From Candidatus Sumerlaeaceae bacterium (GTDB lineage Bacteria; Sumerlaeota; Sumerlaeia; Sumerlaeales; Sumerlaeaceae), in NCBI GenBank assembly GCA_051003195.1, contig JBPCLP010000020.1:1-64000 (forward strand): 64,000 bases of DNA, in the 5' to 3' direction. Every line of letters starts with the position of its first letter. Position 1 is the stretch's first letter. This document shows positions 50,315 to 59,429 of this stretch, one piece after another. The notes under the pieces were generated by a model. The model did not search any database. It worked only from the letters and a program-made list of their open reading frames with translations, and was not told the origin of the DNA. Both the position numbers and the translations under genes were made by a program.

Positions 50315-52687
50315 TCACCGGGTTTCGACAACTACGATGGGGCCCGCAGGGGTCGGCACTTTTCCGTGGACGCTCTGCACCACACCAGGCACAGGTTCTC
50401 TAACGTACTTCGAAAAACCGGGTTCGGTGGGGCGCACACCCAGCAGGTAAGCGCCGTAGTAATACGCCGGAATTCCAGACCAGCCATGGCAAAGGCTGCC
50501 CGCGTTCTGAAACGCAGCGGCGCCGTCGATCGTCTCCCAGAAACTTGTGGCGCCGCGATTCAGCATGTGTCCCCAGTCGCGCGCGATCAGCTCAAAGACG
50601 CGGCGTCCCTGCTTTGCGGGCGCGGTAAGCAGGGCGTCAAACTTGTACATGCAGTGGCTGAGCGTGCAGGGCACGAGGCCATTATCGTCGCTGGCCAGTC
50701 GCTCGCGCAGGGCATCCAGCTTGTCGGCAGGTACAGCCCCCGCAAGAATCGCGAGCGCCTGGGTGAGTTCGGCGTAATGAGGCGGCTCAGGCGCGCCGGT
50801 TCGGGTGCGCAGTGCCTGCGCGGTTTCATCCCAGAAGTGCGGCGCGACAGCTGAACGCAGAGGGGCCGCAGGCGTTATGAATTCGGTGGAGCTCTCACCA
50901 ACCTCGTCCGCCATCCGGGCGGCCGCGTCCAGCGCCAGCAGGTAGAAAAGGTTTAGCGGCGCATCGTACCATTCACCCGTATGCCTGGCGAAGCGTTTGC
51001 CTTTTTCGGAGCCATCGAGGCCCGGCGCCCATTCGTAGAAGTTCCAGGTGCCGGGGCCCTGTGGCGTGACAATGAGCGGCCCGGTACTTTGGCCCACACA
51101 CGCGTTTAGAATTCGCCGCGCGACCGGGAGATGGGTGCGGACAAATTGCCGATCGCCACTGTAGAGAAGATAGTCGTCGAGCGTGAGAATCCAGATCAGG
51201 CTGAAGCAGGGAATGTTTACAGGTACGCTGGCTGGCGCGCACAGTTCCAGGAAGCCGTCGCTGCGCCGGCCCTTTGCGAGCAGTGCGATGGATTCCGCCG
51301 CGAAGTCGTAGTTGCCGAAACAGTAATATCCGGCGCGCGCCTGGTTGCGCATGTCGCCGCCGTAGAGTGCCTGCTCGCGCCAGGGGCAGTCTTCATAGTG
51401 CTCGTGCATGCAGAGGTGCAGCGTGCGGTCACTTACCTGCCAGATCTGGTTGATGAGCGGATCGGACGATTCGAAGGCGCCGCCGCGTTGAACCGGGTAA
51501 TCGGTCGGCCGGATTCCCGCGTAGTGAAGCGTGACGGAATTCGTAGTGCCCGGCGCCGGCGTGATGTGCACCTGGAGGTAGCGCCCCGCTATGCGCAAAA
51601 AAGGATGGAGGAATGTGTGCCGCCCGGACGGACACACGTGACGGTTGGCAAAGTTGCGTCCGCCGAGGTGAGCGCGCACGCGGCCATCTTCGAGGTGCTC
51701 ACCGTAGGCAACATCAACCACCGTGCCCGCCGGTGCATCCAGTTCCAGTTCGACCAGGCCAGCTTCTTCGCGGCCTGTGTCGAGCATGACATAAGGTCCG
51801 GTATTTTTGTCGAATGCCGGGGAGTTGAAGCGCAGACCGCTAGTCTGCGCATCCGATAGTTCATTCAGCGGGAAGGCAAACAATTCTGTCGCGGAGCGGC
51901 TGGTGAGCACGTCGGATTGCACGGCCACGGCGGGGATGGCACCGGGTTTGGTGCGACGGAACACTCCCTGCGAATGCACGCGCATTGGAATGCGCGAACC
52001 GAGTGTCAGTTGCGGAAGTGGCCGGGGTCGCACGGGCCGCGTGTACAGTTCGCCGGGTGCGGGTGCTGTCCATGTGTCGGAAATTTTATAGCCGGATTCC
52101 AGCCAGCCGTCGCTTTTTTCGCCGTGGTGCTCGAACGTAAAACTGAGCTGGGGCGTCACGCGCGGCATGGGCCCGCTGACGTAATCCGGTGCGCGGCGCA
52201 TGCGAGTCCCCGGACCGCTGGCCGCAAGTACCTTGTCGCCCGCGCGCAGGATGTACGCGCCGCCGGCGGTGCCCTTGAGGTACTGCGACGTGCTTTCGCC
52301 CTGGTACCATACGAGTATACAGAGCCGGTTGCCGTGCGCCAGGGTGGAGCTTGAGATTTCGTGCCGGTTGTACGTCTTATCATTGGGATAGTCGCTCCAC
52401 TGCCCCGTGCCGATAAACGTGCCGTTAAGCCATGCGGCGTAATTCGTGTCCGCGCTGATGAGGAGTTCGGCGGACGCACTAACAGGAGCGTCGAATTCGT
52501 GCAGGAACTGGACATACTGGTTCGGTAACCCGGCGGACGCCGAAGGCCACACCCACTGTGCGCCGGTGTTGCTGGTCCAATCGTTCGTCATACGGGTGGG
52601 TCCTGCATTCGCCATGCAGGCAAGCGCAAGCATCAGGATCAACAGCCGCAGTCGCAGCGCAAGTGAACGGACCATCCCGAACGGCAA
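50315..52687 (-). CDS. GH78 alpha-L-rhamnosidase-like glycoside hydrolase
   Basis: ISADTNY, EDCPWREQALYGGD, GATSFWE, SLCHGWSG. Confidence 0.9.
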   Translation of the reverse strand: MPFGMVRSLALRLRLLILMLALACMANAGPTRMTNDWTSNTGAQWVWPSASAGLPNQYVQFLHEFDAPVSASAELLISADTNYAAWLNGTFIGTGQWSDYPNDKTYNRHEISSSTLAHGNRLCILVWYQGESTSQYLKGTAGGAYILRAGDKVLAASGPGTRMRRAPDYVSGPMPRVTPQLSFTFEHHGEKSDGWLESGYKISDTWTAPAPGELYTRPVRPRPLPQLTLGSRIPMRVHSQGVFRRTKPGAIPAVAVQSDVLTSRSATELFAFPLNELSDAQTSGLRFNSPAFDKNTGPYVMLDTGREEAGLVELELDAPAGTVVDVAYGEHLEDGRVRAHLGGRNFANRHVCPSGRHTFLHPFLRIAGRYLQVHITPAPGTTNSVTLHYAGIRPTDYPVQRGGAFESSDPLINQIWQVSDRTLHLCMHEHYEDCPWREQALYGGDMRNQARAGYYCFGNYDFAAESIALLAKGRRSDGFLELCAPASVPVNIPCFSLIWILTLDDYLLYSGDRQFVRTHLPVARRILNACVGQSTGPLIVTPQGPGTWNFYEWAPGLDGSEKGKRFARHTGEWYDAPLNLFYLLALDAAARMADEVGESSTEFITPAAPLRSAVAPHFWDETAQALRTRTGAPEPPHYAELTQALAILAGAVPADKLDALRERLASDDNGLVPCTLSHCMYKFDALLTAPAKQGRRVFELIARDWGHMLNRGATSFWETIDGAAAFQNAGSLCHGWSGIPAYYYGAYLLGVRPTEPGFSKYVREPVPGVVQSVHGKVPTPAGPIVVVETR

Positions 52688-52718
52688 TTCGACCAGCCGA
52701 CGTCATTAGCAAGTGCAT

Positions 52719-52734
52719 TGGCATGCGGATTGCA
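52719..52734 (+). promoter_or_regulatory. Sigma-54 (-24/-12) promoter
   Basis: TGGCAT-GCGGA-TTGCA is a near-perfect match to TGGCAY-N5-TTGCW; intergenic and oriented toward ATG 52879. Confidence 0.6.
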
Positions 52735-52878
52735 CCTTACTAGTTTGGGCAGCTCAACATTGAATGGGCTCTGGCGCGGCGCGGCTGCGAGGGGAATTCC
52801 CGGTTAAAATTAACACTTGCCTAAAATGGTCCGGGTGGCTGAATGGAAACTTACTATTAATGCAGAGGAGACGGCCTG

Positions 52879-53646
52879 ATGTATAAATATTTTTTTGCGC
52901 TCACACTTTCGGCGGTGGCGGGGGCAGGCTTCGGCTACACAAACTCGTATAGCGCGAATTTTAACACCTCGTTACCTGCGGGTTGGAGCGATCCATTTAA
53001 TGCGAACTCGGTACTGGTTGGCGGAGAGACAACTCCGGCGGACAGCCCGGCTTACAGTCCAACTCCAAACACTGCAACCGGCTTTAACAACAACGGCTGG
53101 TTACGAGTTGGTACCACTAACACCTCCAACTTCGGTATTACGCTCGCCCTGTGGGACGGTACGGGCGGCGGTGGCCTGACCGAGGCGGCCGATTACACGG
53201 TGGAAGCGGACGTTTTCATCGTGGTGCACCCGACGATTCGGCACCATCAGGGAATTGCCGGCCGTGCCACGGGAACGGACAATTTTCCGTTTGAGCTTTT
53301 CTACTCCAACCAGACTCCCGGCAATCCCGACGGCTTCGGCTGGCGCAATGGTGGTTCGACGAACACGTATGGCGCATTCCCGGCCGAGACTGGCAATAAG
53401 TGGGTTCACCTGAAGATGACTTTTCACGGAGCATTCGTGGATGTGTTCGTCGACAAAAATAAAGATTCTGTGTATGATTACACGTCGACCAACATCCCGC
53501 TGACGGCGACGACCGGCAAGGCCGGGTTCTTTTCGGTTTTGAACGACCCAACGGCAGGAAACGCCCCCGTGACAGGCCAGTATGCTTATTTCGACAGCTT
53601 CACGTACACACCAACTTCGGGTGTAAGTGACTGGTCGATTTACTAG
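52879..53646 (+). CDS. Secreted beta-sandwich protein ending SGVSDWSIY
   Basis: GAGGAG SD; signal peptide; ADYTVEADVF, KWVHLKMTF, GKAGF, YFDSF strands (ConA-like). Confidence 0.75.
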   Translation: MYKYFFALTLSAVAGAGFGYTNSYSANFNTSLPAGWSDPFNANSVLVGGETTPADSPAYSPTPNTATGFNNNGWLRVGTTNTSNFGITLALWDGTGGGGLTEAADYTVEADVFIVVHPTIRHHQGIAGRATGTDNFPFELFYSNQTPGNPDGFGWRNGGSTNTYGAFPAETGNKWVHLKMTFHGAFVDVFVDKNKDSVYDYTSTNIPLTATTGKAGFFSVLNDPTAGNAPVTGQYAYFDSFTYTPTSGVSDWSIY

Positions 53647-53671
53647 ACCTGGTAATTACACGCAGTTTTAG

Positions 53672-53707
53672 AAACCCCGGCAGCGGCTGACGCTGCCGGG
53701 GTTTTTT
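53672..53707 (+). terminator. Rho-independent terminator between convergent genes (possibly bidirectional)
   Basis: Stem AAACCCCGGCAGCG / CGCTGCCGGGGTTT, 5-nt loop, T-tract. Confidence 0.85.
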
Positions 53708-53736
53708 GCGGATTCGGCACATTGGTGTGCCGATGA

Positions 53737-55197
53737 CTACTCGCTGGCTTCCGAAGCCTTCTTGCTTTTGCGTGCTTTGGGTTTGGTCTCCCCGTCGGGT
53801 TCCGAACCCTCGCCTTCGGCCTTCTCTTCGGTCGGAGCGACATAGTCGATCCTGGTTTTCTCTAACAGGAATGAGCGGATCTTGTTGAACCGGACCTGCT
53901 CGGTGAACTGGGTCCACTCGCGGCGCTTCTCCAGGGCGGCGCGGATGGCCACGGGTTTGCGGCCTTCCTGCTGGGCGCGTTCTTCGAGTGCGGCGTTAAC
54001 GTCGGAGTCGTCGGCCTGGATGTTCTCCTTCTTGCCAATGGCATCGATGAGAAGGAAGCCTTTGACGCGCATCTCTGCCGCCTTATCGAGCTCATCCTGG
54101 TACTGCGACCGCGTGCTGAGGCCGCGCATGCGCGGCGGCGTGACACCCGTCTGCGAGAGGTACATGTAGTCGCTTCGCGCCATCTCGCGCTCGACGTGTT
54201 CCTTGAGCGCATTGGGGACGTCAAACTCGTGGGCTTCGACGAGCTTGCCGGTAAGAGCCTCGAACGCCTCGTCGTGGTTTACATTATCGATGACCTTCTG
54301 CAGCGCCTGCCGAACGCCCTCGCGCATCTTCGCGACGCTGTCATAGCCGAGGTCCTTGGCGAACTCGTCGTCGATATCGGGAAGCTTTACTTCCTTCACC
54401 GTTTTCAATGTGACGGAATAGCGGGTGTCGCCGTCCTTCACTTCGCAGCTCTGACCGGCCTTTTTGCCGAACAGCGCGTGGGCAACGGCATGGGGCAGCT
54501 CGCCGTGCGGGTTCTCGTAAAGTTTGTCGGATTCCTGGAGAACGGTGTGGCCTTTCGCATCAACGCCCTTGATGTCGAGCACCGCCGCGTCGCCCTGCGC
54601 GAGTTCCTTGTCCGTCGCTTCTTCAAACGTTGAGCTCTGCTGGCGTAATTCTTCGATGCGGCGGTCGATCATCTCGTCGGTGAGTTTCACCTCCGGCACT
54701 TCCACACCCAGTCCGGTGTAATCTTTTGGCTCGATCTCAGGTTTCACTTCTACCTCGAGCGTGACGCGCACCGGCTTGCCTTCTTCGGCAGCATAGTCGG
54801 TGATCGCCGGCACACCGTACAGCGTGACCTGCCTGGTCTGCTCGTACTCGCGAACGATCATCGGTGTGATCTTCTCAATGACGTCATTGTTCGCTTCCTT
54901 GAGGTAGCGGCGCTGAAGCAGCTTGAGCGGAACCTTGCCCTTGCGGAAACCTTCGATGGAAGCGTTGGCCTGCAGGTCTTTGAAAAGGCTGGCAACGCGG
55001 GGATCGAAATCGTCGCGCGGAATTTCCACAACGACGCGCCGGCGCGCTTTGGGCAGGTTTTCTTCCTCGATTACGGTATGCGCCACGCGCTCCTCGCGTT
55101 GCTCGCGAACCTTTTGAACGGCCGCGTCAAGCACGCCGCCTTCTGATCCTGCGTCTGCCTTCGGGGCGGCGACGCCGCCTTCCTTCTCGTCAGCCAC
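53737..55197 (-). CDS. tig: Trigger factor
   Basis: Ribosome-binding motif IEGFRKGKVP; EVKPEI; LPDIDDEFAKDLG; GTG start after AGGAG. Confidence 0.93.
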   Translation of the reverse strand: MADEKEGGVAAPKADAGSEGGVLDAAVQKVREQREERVAHTVIEEENLPKARRRVVVEIPRDDFDPRVASLFKDLQANASIEGFRKGKVPLKLLQRRYLKEANNDVIEKITPMIVREYEQTRQVTLYGVPAITDYAAEEGKPVRVTLEVEVKPEIEPKDYTGLGVEVPEVKLTDEMIDRRIEELRQQSSTFEEATDKELAQGDAAVLDIKGVDAKGHTVLQESDKLYENPHGELPHAVAHALFGKKAGQSCEVKDGDTRYSVTLKTVKEVKLPDIDDEFAKDLGYDSVAKMREGVRQALQKVIDNVNHDEAFEALTGKLVEAHEFDVPNALKEHVEREMARSDYMYLSQTGVTPPRMRGLSTRSQYQDELDKAAEMRVKGFLLIDAIGKKENIQADDSDVNAALEERAQQEGRKPVAIRAALEKRREWTQFTEQVRFNKIRSFLLEKTRIDYVAPTEEKAEGEGSEPDGETKPKARKSKKASEASE

Positions 55198-55333
55198 TGC
55201 AAGTGTCTCCTGGTTTGTGTTCCGGTACGCCCTCGGGGGTTACCTGCGCGGGCGCCTGAAGCTTCATTGATTACTTTATAGTAAGGCTGGAAGCGCGCAC
55301 ACTGGGCGCAACCCTAAAAGAGAATGCAGCATT

Positions 55334-55361
55334 AAAATTCGGAATTCAAAATTCATAATTC
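55334..55361. repeat. Four tandem heptamers (NNAATTC)
   Basis: AAAATTC GGAATTC AAAATTC ATAATTC, in the intergenic region upstream of tig. Confidence 0.6.
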
Positions 55362-55455
55362 GCGCGTTCACGCGTGGGCGATCGTAGAGGAACCAGGTCC
55401 CTGCCATGCCTCCGCCGCAAACAGCGCGCAAAAGCAAAAGTGTGTCTTACCCGTG

Positions 55456-56538
55456 TCAGGCGAAGCCGCTGCCGCCAAAGCCTTTCATGCGAAGCTTCAG
55501 GTCGTTCGACGAGTCGGCGAATTTGAGCGCGGTGTCTTCATCGATAATCCCACGCCGCGTCAGGTCCAGCAGTGCCAAGTCGAATGTCTGCATGCCTTCG
55601 CGTTCGCCTTTCATCATCACGTTTTTGAGTTCCTGCACGTTACCCTGCATGATGAGGTCCTGCACGCGTGGAGTGTTGAGCATGATCTCGACGGCGGCGG
55701 CACGGCCACCGTCCATTTTCGGGACCAGCCTCTGGCAGATGATCGCGCGCAGGTTGAGGCCGAGCTGCATGAGCACCTGGCGCTCCTGCTCTGCCGGGAA
55801 CAGGTTAAGAATTCGATCCAGTGTCTGGTTGGCGCTGTTGGTGTGCAGGGTGGCCAGTACAAGGTGTCCCGTGTCCGACGCGTGGATGGAAAACTTGGCA
55901 GTTTCGGCATCGCGGATTTCGCCGATAAGGATTACCTTCGGCGCCTGGCGAAGCGCGCTTTTGAGCGCCTCTTCGTACGAGCGGGTGTCGATGCCGACTT
56001 CGCGCTGGCTGATGATGCAGCCTTTGTGTTCGTGCACGAACTCAATCGGGTCTTCGATTGTAACAATGTGGCCGGTTGAGTTCTGGTTTCGGTAATCGAT
56101 CATGGCTGCGAGCGTCGTACTTTTACCGCTGCCGGTGGCTCCCGTTACCAGCACGATGCCTCGTTCGTACATCACCGCCGTGTTGAGCACTGCCGGCAGA
56201 CCGAGCTGTTCTACGCTGAGGATGTTTGGCTTGATCAGGCGGGCCACCATGGCTGGGGTGCCGCGCTGGTAGTAAACGTTGATGCGGAACCGCCAGATCG
56301 CCACCTTGTACGAGAGGTTCATTTCCAGCTTTTCCTGCAACTCGGCAAACTGGCTTTCGCTCGTCGCCTCTTTAGTGAGAGAAGCCATCGTTTCGGGGGT
56401 CACGTACTCCGGGCCGATTTCCTGCAGGACGCCTTGCACGAGTACGGAAGGCTTGGCGTCAACGGTGAGATACAGGTCCGACGCTTCCAGTTCCGCGGTC
56501 TTGTGCAGCAGATTTTCGAGTTTGTAGCTGGTTTCCAA
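55456..56538 (-). CDS. pilU: Type IV pilus retraction ATPase, PilU-like
   Basis: GATGSGKST, TIEDPIEF, QREVG, LRQAPKVILIGEIRD, TLHTNSANQ; directly downstream of pilT. Confidence 0.88.
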   Translation of the reverse strand: METSYKLENLLHKTAELEASDLYLTVDAKPSVLVQGVLQEIGPEYVTPETMASLTKEATSESQFAELQEKLEMNLSYKVAIWRFRINVYYQRGTPAMVARLIKPNILSVEQLGLPAVLNTAVMYERGIVLVTGATGSGKSTTLAAMIDYRNQNSTGHIVTIEDPIEFVHEHKGCIISQREVGIDTRSYEEALKSALRQAPKVILIGEIRDAETAKFSIHASDTGHLVLATLHTNSANQTLDRILNLFPAEQERQVLMQLGLNLRAIICQRLVPKMDGGRAAAVEIMLNTPRVQDLIMQGNVQELKNVMMKGEREGMQTFDLALLDLTRRGIIDEDTALKFADSSNDLKLRMKGFGGSGFA

Positions 56539-56567
56539 AGGTCGTCCGATCGTGCTGGTATTCGCCG

Positions 56568-57890
56568 CTATTTCTTCTTACCGTACATCTGCATCCAGTC
56601 GTCGTTGCTTATTGCTGCGGGGCCGCTCTCCTCCGTCTCTGGCTGCTCGGATGCGGATTCCGCAGATGCAGGTTGCGACGAAGCTGCCGGCCGCGCCGGC
56701 GCGCGATTCTGCTCGGATGCGTACGCCTGCGATTGCGATGCGCGGATATTCGAAGAGGGCGGTGCAGCGCCGAGGCCCGGTCCGCTTTGACCGCCCCCGC
56801 TGAAAACCGTACTCGCAGCCTGGGTGAACGTCGGCTCGTCCTGGCCTTCTGCAAACAGGAATTTGTTGTTCGCCTTTTCCAGGGCAGCGTCTTTGGTAAT
56901 CTCGCCTTCGATGACGAACTGCTTAAGCTGCTGGTCCATGCTCTGCATTCCAAATTTCGCGCTTACCTGGATGATGGACGGTAGCTGGTGCGTCTTGGAT
57001 TCGCGAATGAGCGACCTGACGGCGACAGTCCCGGTCATAATTTCCATGGCACAGATGCGGCCAGTGCCGCGCATTTTCGGGATGAGTGTCTGGCAGACGA
57101 CCGCCTGGATACTTTCACTAAGCATGATGCGCACCTGCTCCTGCTGGTTCGGCGGGAAAACGTCGACCAGGCGGTCGACCGTTTTAGGTGCGCTTGAGGT
57201 GTGGAGTGTGCCGAATACGAGGTGGCCTGTCTCAGCGGCAGTCAGTGCAAGGCTGATGGTTTCAAGGTCGCGCAGTTCGCCAACGAGAATGACGTCCGGA
57301 TCCTCACGCAGCGCACTTCGCAATGCATTCGCAAAACTATGGGTGTGCGGACCAACCTCACGCTGATTGACGAGGCAGCGCTTGTGCTGGTGGACAAACT
57401 CTACCGGATCTTCGATGGTGAGAATATGGTGATTCTTGTTCTCATTGATGAAGTCGACCATCGCGGCGAGAGTGGTGCTCTTGCCGCTGCCGGTTGGCCC
57501 CGTCACAAGCACGAGCCCGCGCGGGAGGTAGCACAGTTCCTTGAGCACTGCAGGCATTTTTAGCTCATCGAGCGTGCGGATTTTCGTGGGGATCACGCGG
57601 AAGACGGCGCCATCGCCGCGGCGGTTTAGATAGATGTTTGCGCGGAAGCGGACCGACTCACCAAACTCCAGCGCGAAATCGAGTTCATGGTCACGCTCGA
57701 CGCGTTTCTTCTGGTCGTCGGTCAGGATGCTATAGATCATCTCGTGAAGTGAATCACGATCGAGCGGCGGCAGCGGCAGTGGACGAATTTCGCCGTGGAT
57801 TCGCTGTGCCGGGGGACTGCCAACGGTAAGGTGGAGATCGGACGCGCCGCGGTTCTGGGTATCGATCAGCAGGTCAGCGAGATCCATCAC
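56568..57890 (-). CDS. pilT: Type IV pilus retraction ATPase PilT
   Basis: ASDLHL, GPTGSGKST, LREDPDVILVGELRD, GTLHT, AVRSLIRE (AIRNLIRE motif). Confidence 0.95.
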   Translation of the reverse strand: MMDLADLLIDTQNRGASDLHLTVGSPPAQRIHGEIRPLPLPPLDRDSLHEMIYSILTDDQKKRVERDHELDFALEFGESVRFRANIYLNRRGDGAVFRVIPTKIRTLDELKMPAVLKELCYLPRGLVLVTGPTGSGKSTTLAAMVDFINENKNHHILTIEDPVEFVHQHKRCLVNQREVGPHTHSFANALRSALREDPDVILVGELRDLETISLALTAAETGHLVFGTLHTSSAPKTVDRLVDVFPPNQQEQVRIMLSESIQAVVCQTLIPKMRGTGRICAMEIMTGTVAVRSLIRESKTHQLPSIIQVSAKFGMQSMDQQLKQFVIEGEITKDAALEKANNKFLFAEGQDEPTFTQAASTVFSGGGQSGPGLGAAPPSSNIRASQSQAYASEQNRAPARPAASSQPASAESASEQPETEESGPAAISNDDWMQMYGKKK

Positions 57891-59233
57891 TGTGCTCCTT
57901 CGCTTGTTGCATTAATCACGGCGTTTCCGTTGCTGCTGGAATCAGAAGCGGTGAGATCGAGCAGGGCCGTCGGAATGCGACGCCGCAACTCCTCGATGTC
58001 TGGTGAAACATCTGCTCCCGCCGCGGTTTTGCCGGGCGCGCATACTATGATCGCAGGTGGATTGATCCGCATGCTCAATAATCGGTATACGTCGGCCGGT
58101 GATGGCGGCGCATCGAAGATGACGCAGGTTGGGCAGACCCCGCTTGCTGCCTCTGCGAGATTTGTAATACCCGCGGGAAAAGCGTAGACGCTTTCGTAAT
58201 AGCGCCGAGTCGAATCCTGCACAAGCATGATAACGTGCGCACCGGAGAAGTCCAGCAGGAGGTCTTCCAGGAACTGTTCGAGAGTACTAAGCGATTGATA
58301 GAGCACAATGCTGCAATGGCCGGACTCCAGCACCGGAATATTTCGAGCGTCGGGCGCGCTACTGGATTGCGCAAGATGTTCGAGGGGGCGCAAGCGCACC
58401 ATGGGTGCGTGCAGGGAGCCAGCCGTGGATACACGCACTTCGAATAAGCGTCCGTCGAGTCGCAGCGGGGTCTCCCACATTCCCGCTCGCTCTGAAGTAT
58501 ACTCCAGTGTGATGCAATTGCGCAGCAGCGCATCGCGGACGGCATTGAACGCATGGTGCCCGAAGCGGTGAATCTCTTCGAGCCCGGCGGTAGCAGACTG
58601 CCGGGCGACCTGGCATTCGTCGCCGAGTTGCCGAAGCACCAGGTCCGTGTACGGCTGCTGAAGCGCTGTGGTGATCAGCCAGTTGGAAAAGCCGGGGTCG
58701 GTTGGCTGCGGTATGACAGCTTCCAGGCGGCACTCCATCGGTGTTGTTTGCGCAGCGACGGATGACTTGGAATGCGGCAGGCGATCACTCAGTGATTCGA
58801 TGCAACGCCTCAGTTGACCGGCGTCGGCGAGCTGAGGCGAAATCGTGTATGCGGGTGCCAAAGCGGAAAGTTCGGACAGACCGGTTGTGGCGTTAGGATC
58901 GCTCATGACCACAACCAATTCGTCACCCACTTCGATCAGGGGAAGCAACTGGTGCTGCTGCAACAGCTCCAGTGGAAAACGCCGGACGAGCCTTTCGTCG
59001 ATCATCGAAGGGTGCAGCTCCATCGGGCGCACGCCATATTGCTCGCCCAGTACGTATTGAAGCGCGTCGCGGGTAACGTAGCCCAGGGCGAGCAGCGCCT
59101 CTCCGACGCGGATGCCGTCCCGCTTTGCGGCTGCGAGCGCTTCCTCCAGTTGCTCATCGGATACAATGCCCTTTTCGAGCAGCATCTGACCAATGGCCTT
59201 ATTGCTGACGCGATCCAGAAATGCCGTTGCCAT
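57887..59233 (-). CDS. MshEN/GspE N-terminal domain protein with a degenerate PilB-like C-terminus
   Basis: IGQMLLEKGIVSDEQLEEAL...RVGEALLALGYVT; T2SSE_N-like LLPL...VVMSDP; no Walker A. Confidence 0.75.
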   Translation of the reverse strand: MATAFLDRVSNKAIGQMLLEKGIVSDEQLEEALAAAKRDGIRVGEALLALGYVTRDALQYVLGEQYGVRPMELHPSMIDERLVRRFPLELLQQHQLLPLIEVGDELVVVMSDPNATTGLSELSALAPAYTISPQLADAGQLRRCIESLSDRLPHSKSSVAAQTTPMECRLEAVIPQPTDPGFSNWLITTALQQPYTDLVLRQLGDECQVARQSATAGLEEIHRFGHHAFNAVRDALLRNCITLEYTSERAGMWETPLRLDGRLFEVRVSTAGSLHAPMVRLRPLEHLAQSSSAPDARNIPVLESGHCSIVLYQSLSTLEQFLEDLLLDFSGAHVIMLVQDSTRRYYESVYAFPAGITNLAEAASGVCPTCVIFDAPPSPADVYRLLSMRINPPAIIVCAPGKTAAGADVSPDIEELRRRIPTALLDLTASDSSSNGNAVINATSEGAQ

Positions 59234-59429
59234 TTCGACTCCTTCGGAAGTGCAGTTCACCGCACGGTGGTGGCTATGTTGGGCGCAAGAGGGTAAATCA
59301 AGGAAACGAAGCCGAGGAGCGCATCAGATGCAGGCAGCGCCCGTCAGAAATGAGGACCGCTTTATGTAACGCGCTGGCGGTCTCGGTATTCGTGATTTAT
59401 GGAAGGGAAGAGCGGGCTGCCGTATGTAA

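Noticed and set aside
55198..55455. tRNA gene upstream of tig, a common arrangement
   Set aside because: I could not find a cloverleaf or T-loop GTTCRA motif on either strand.
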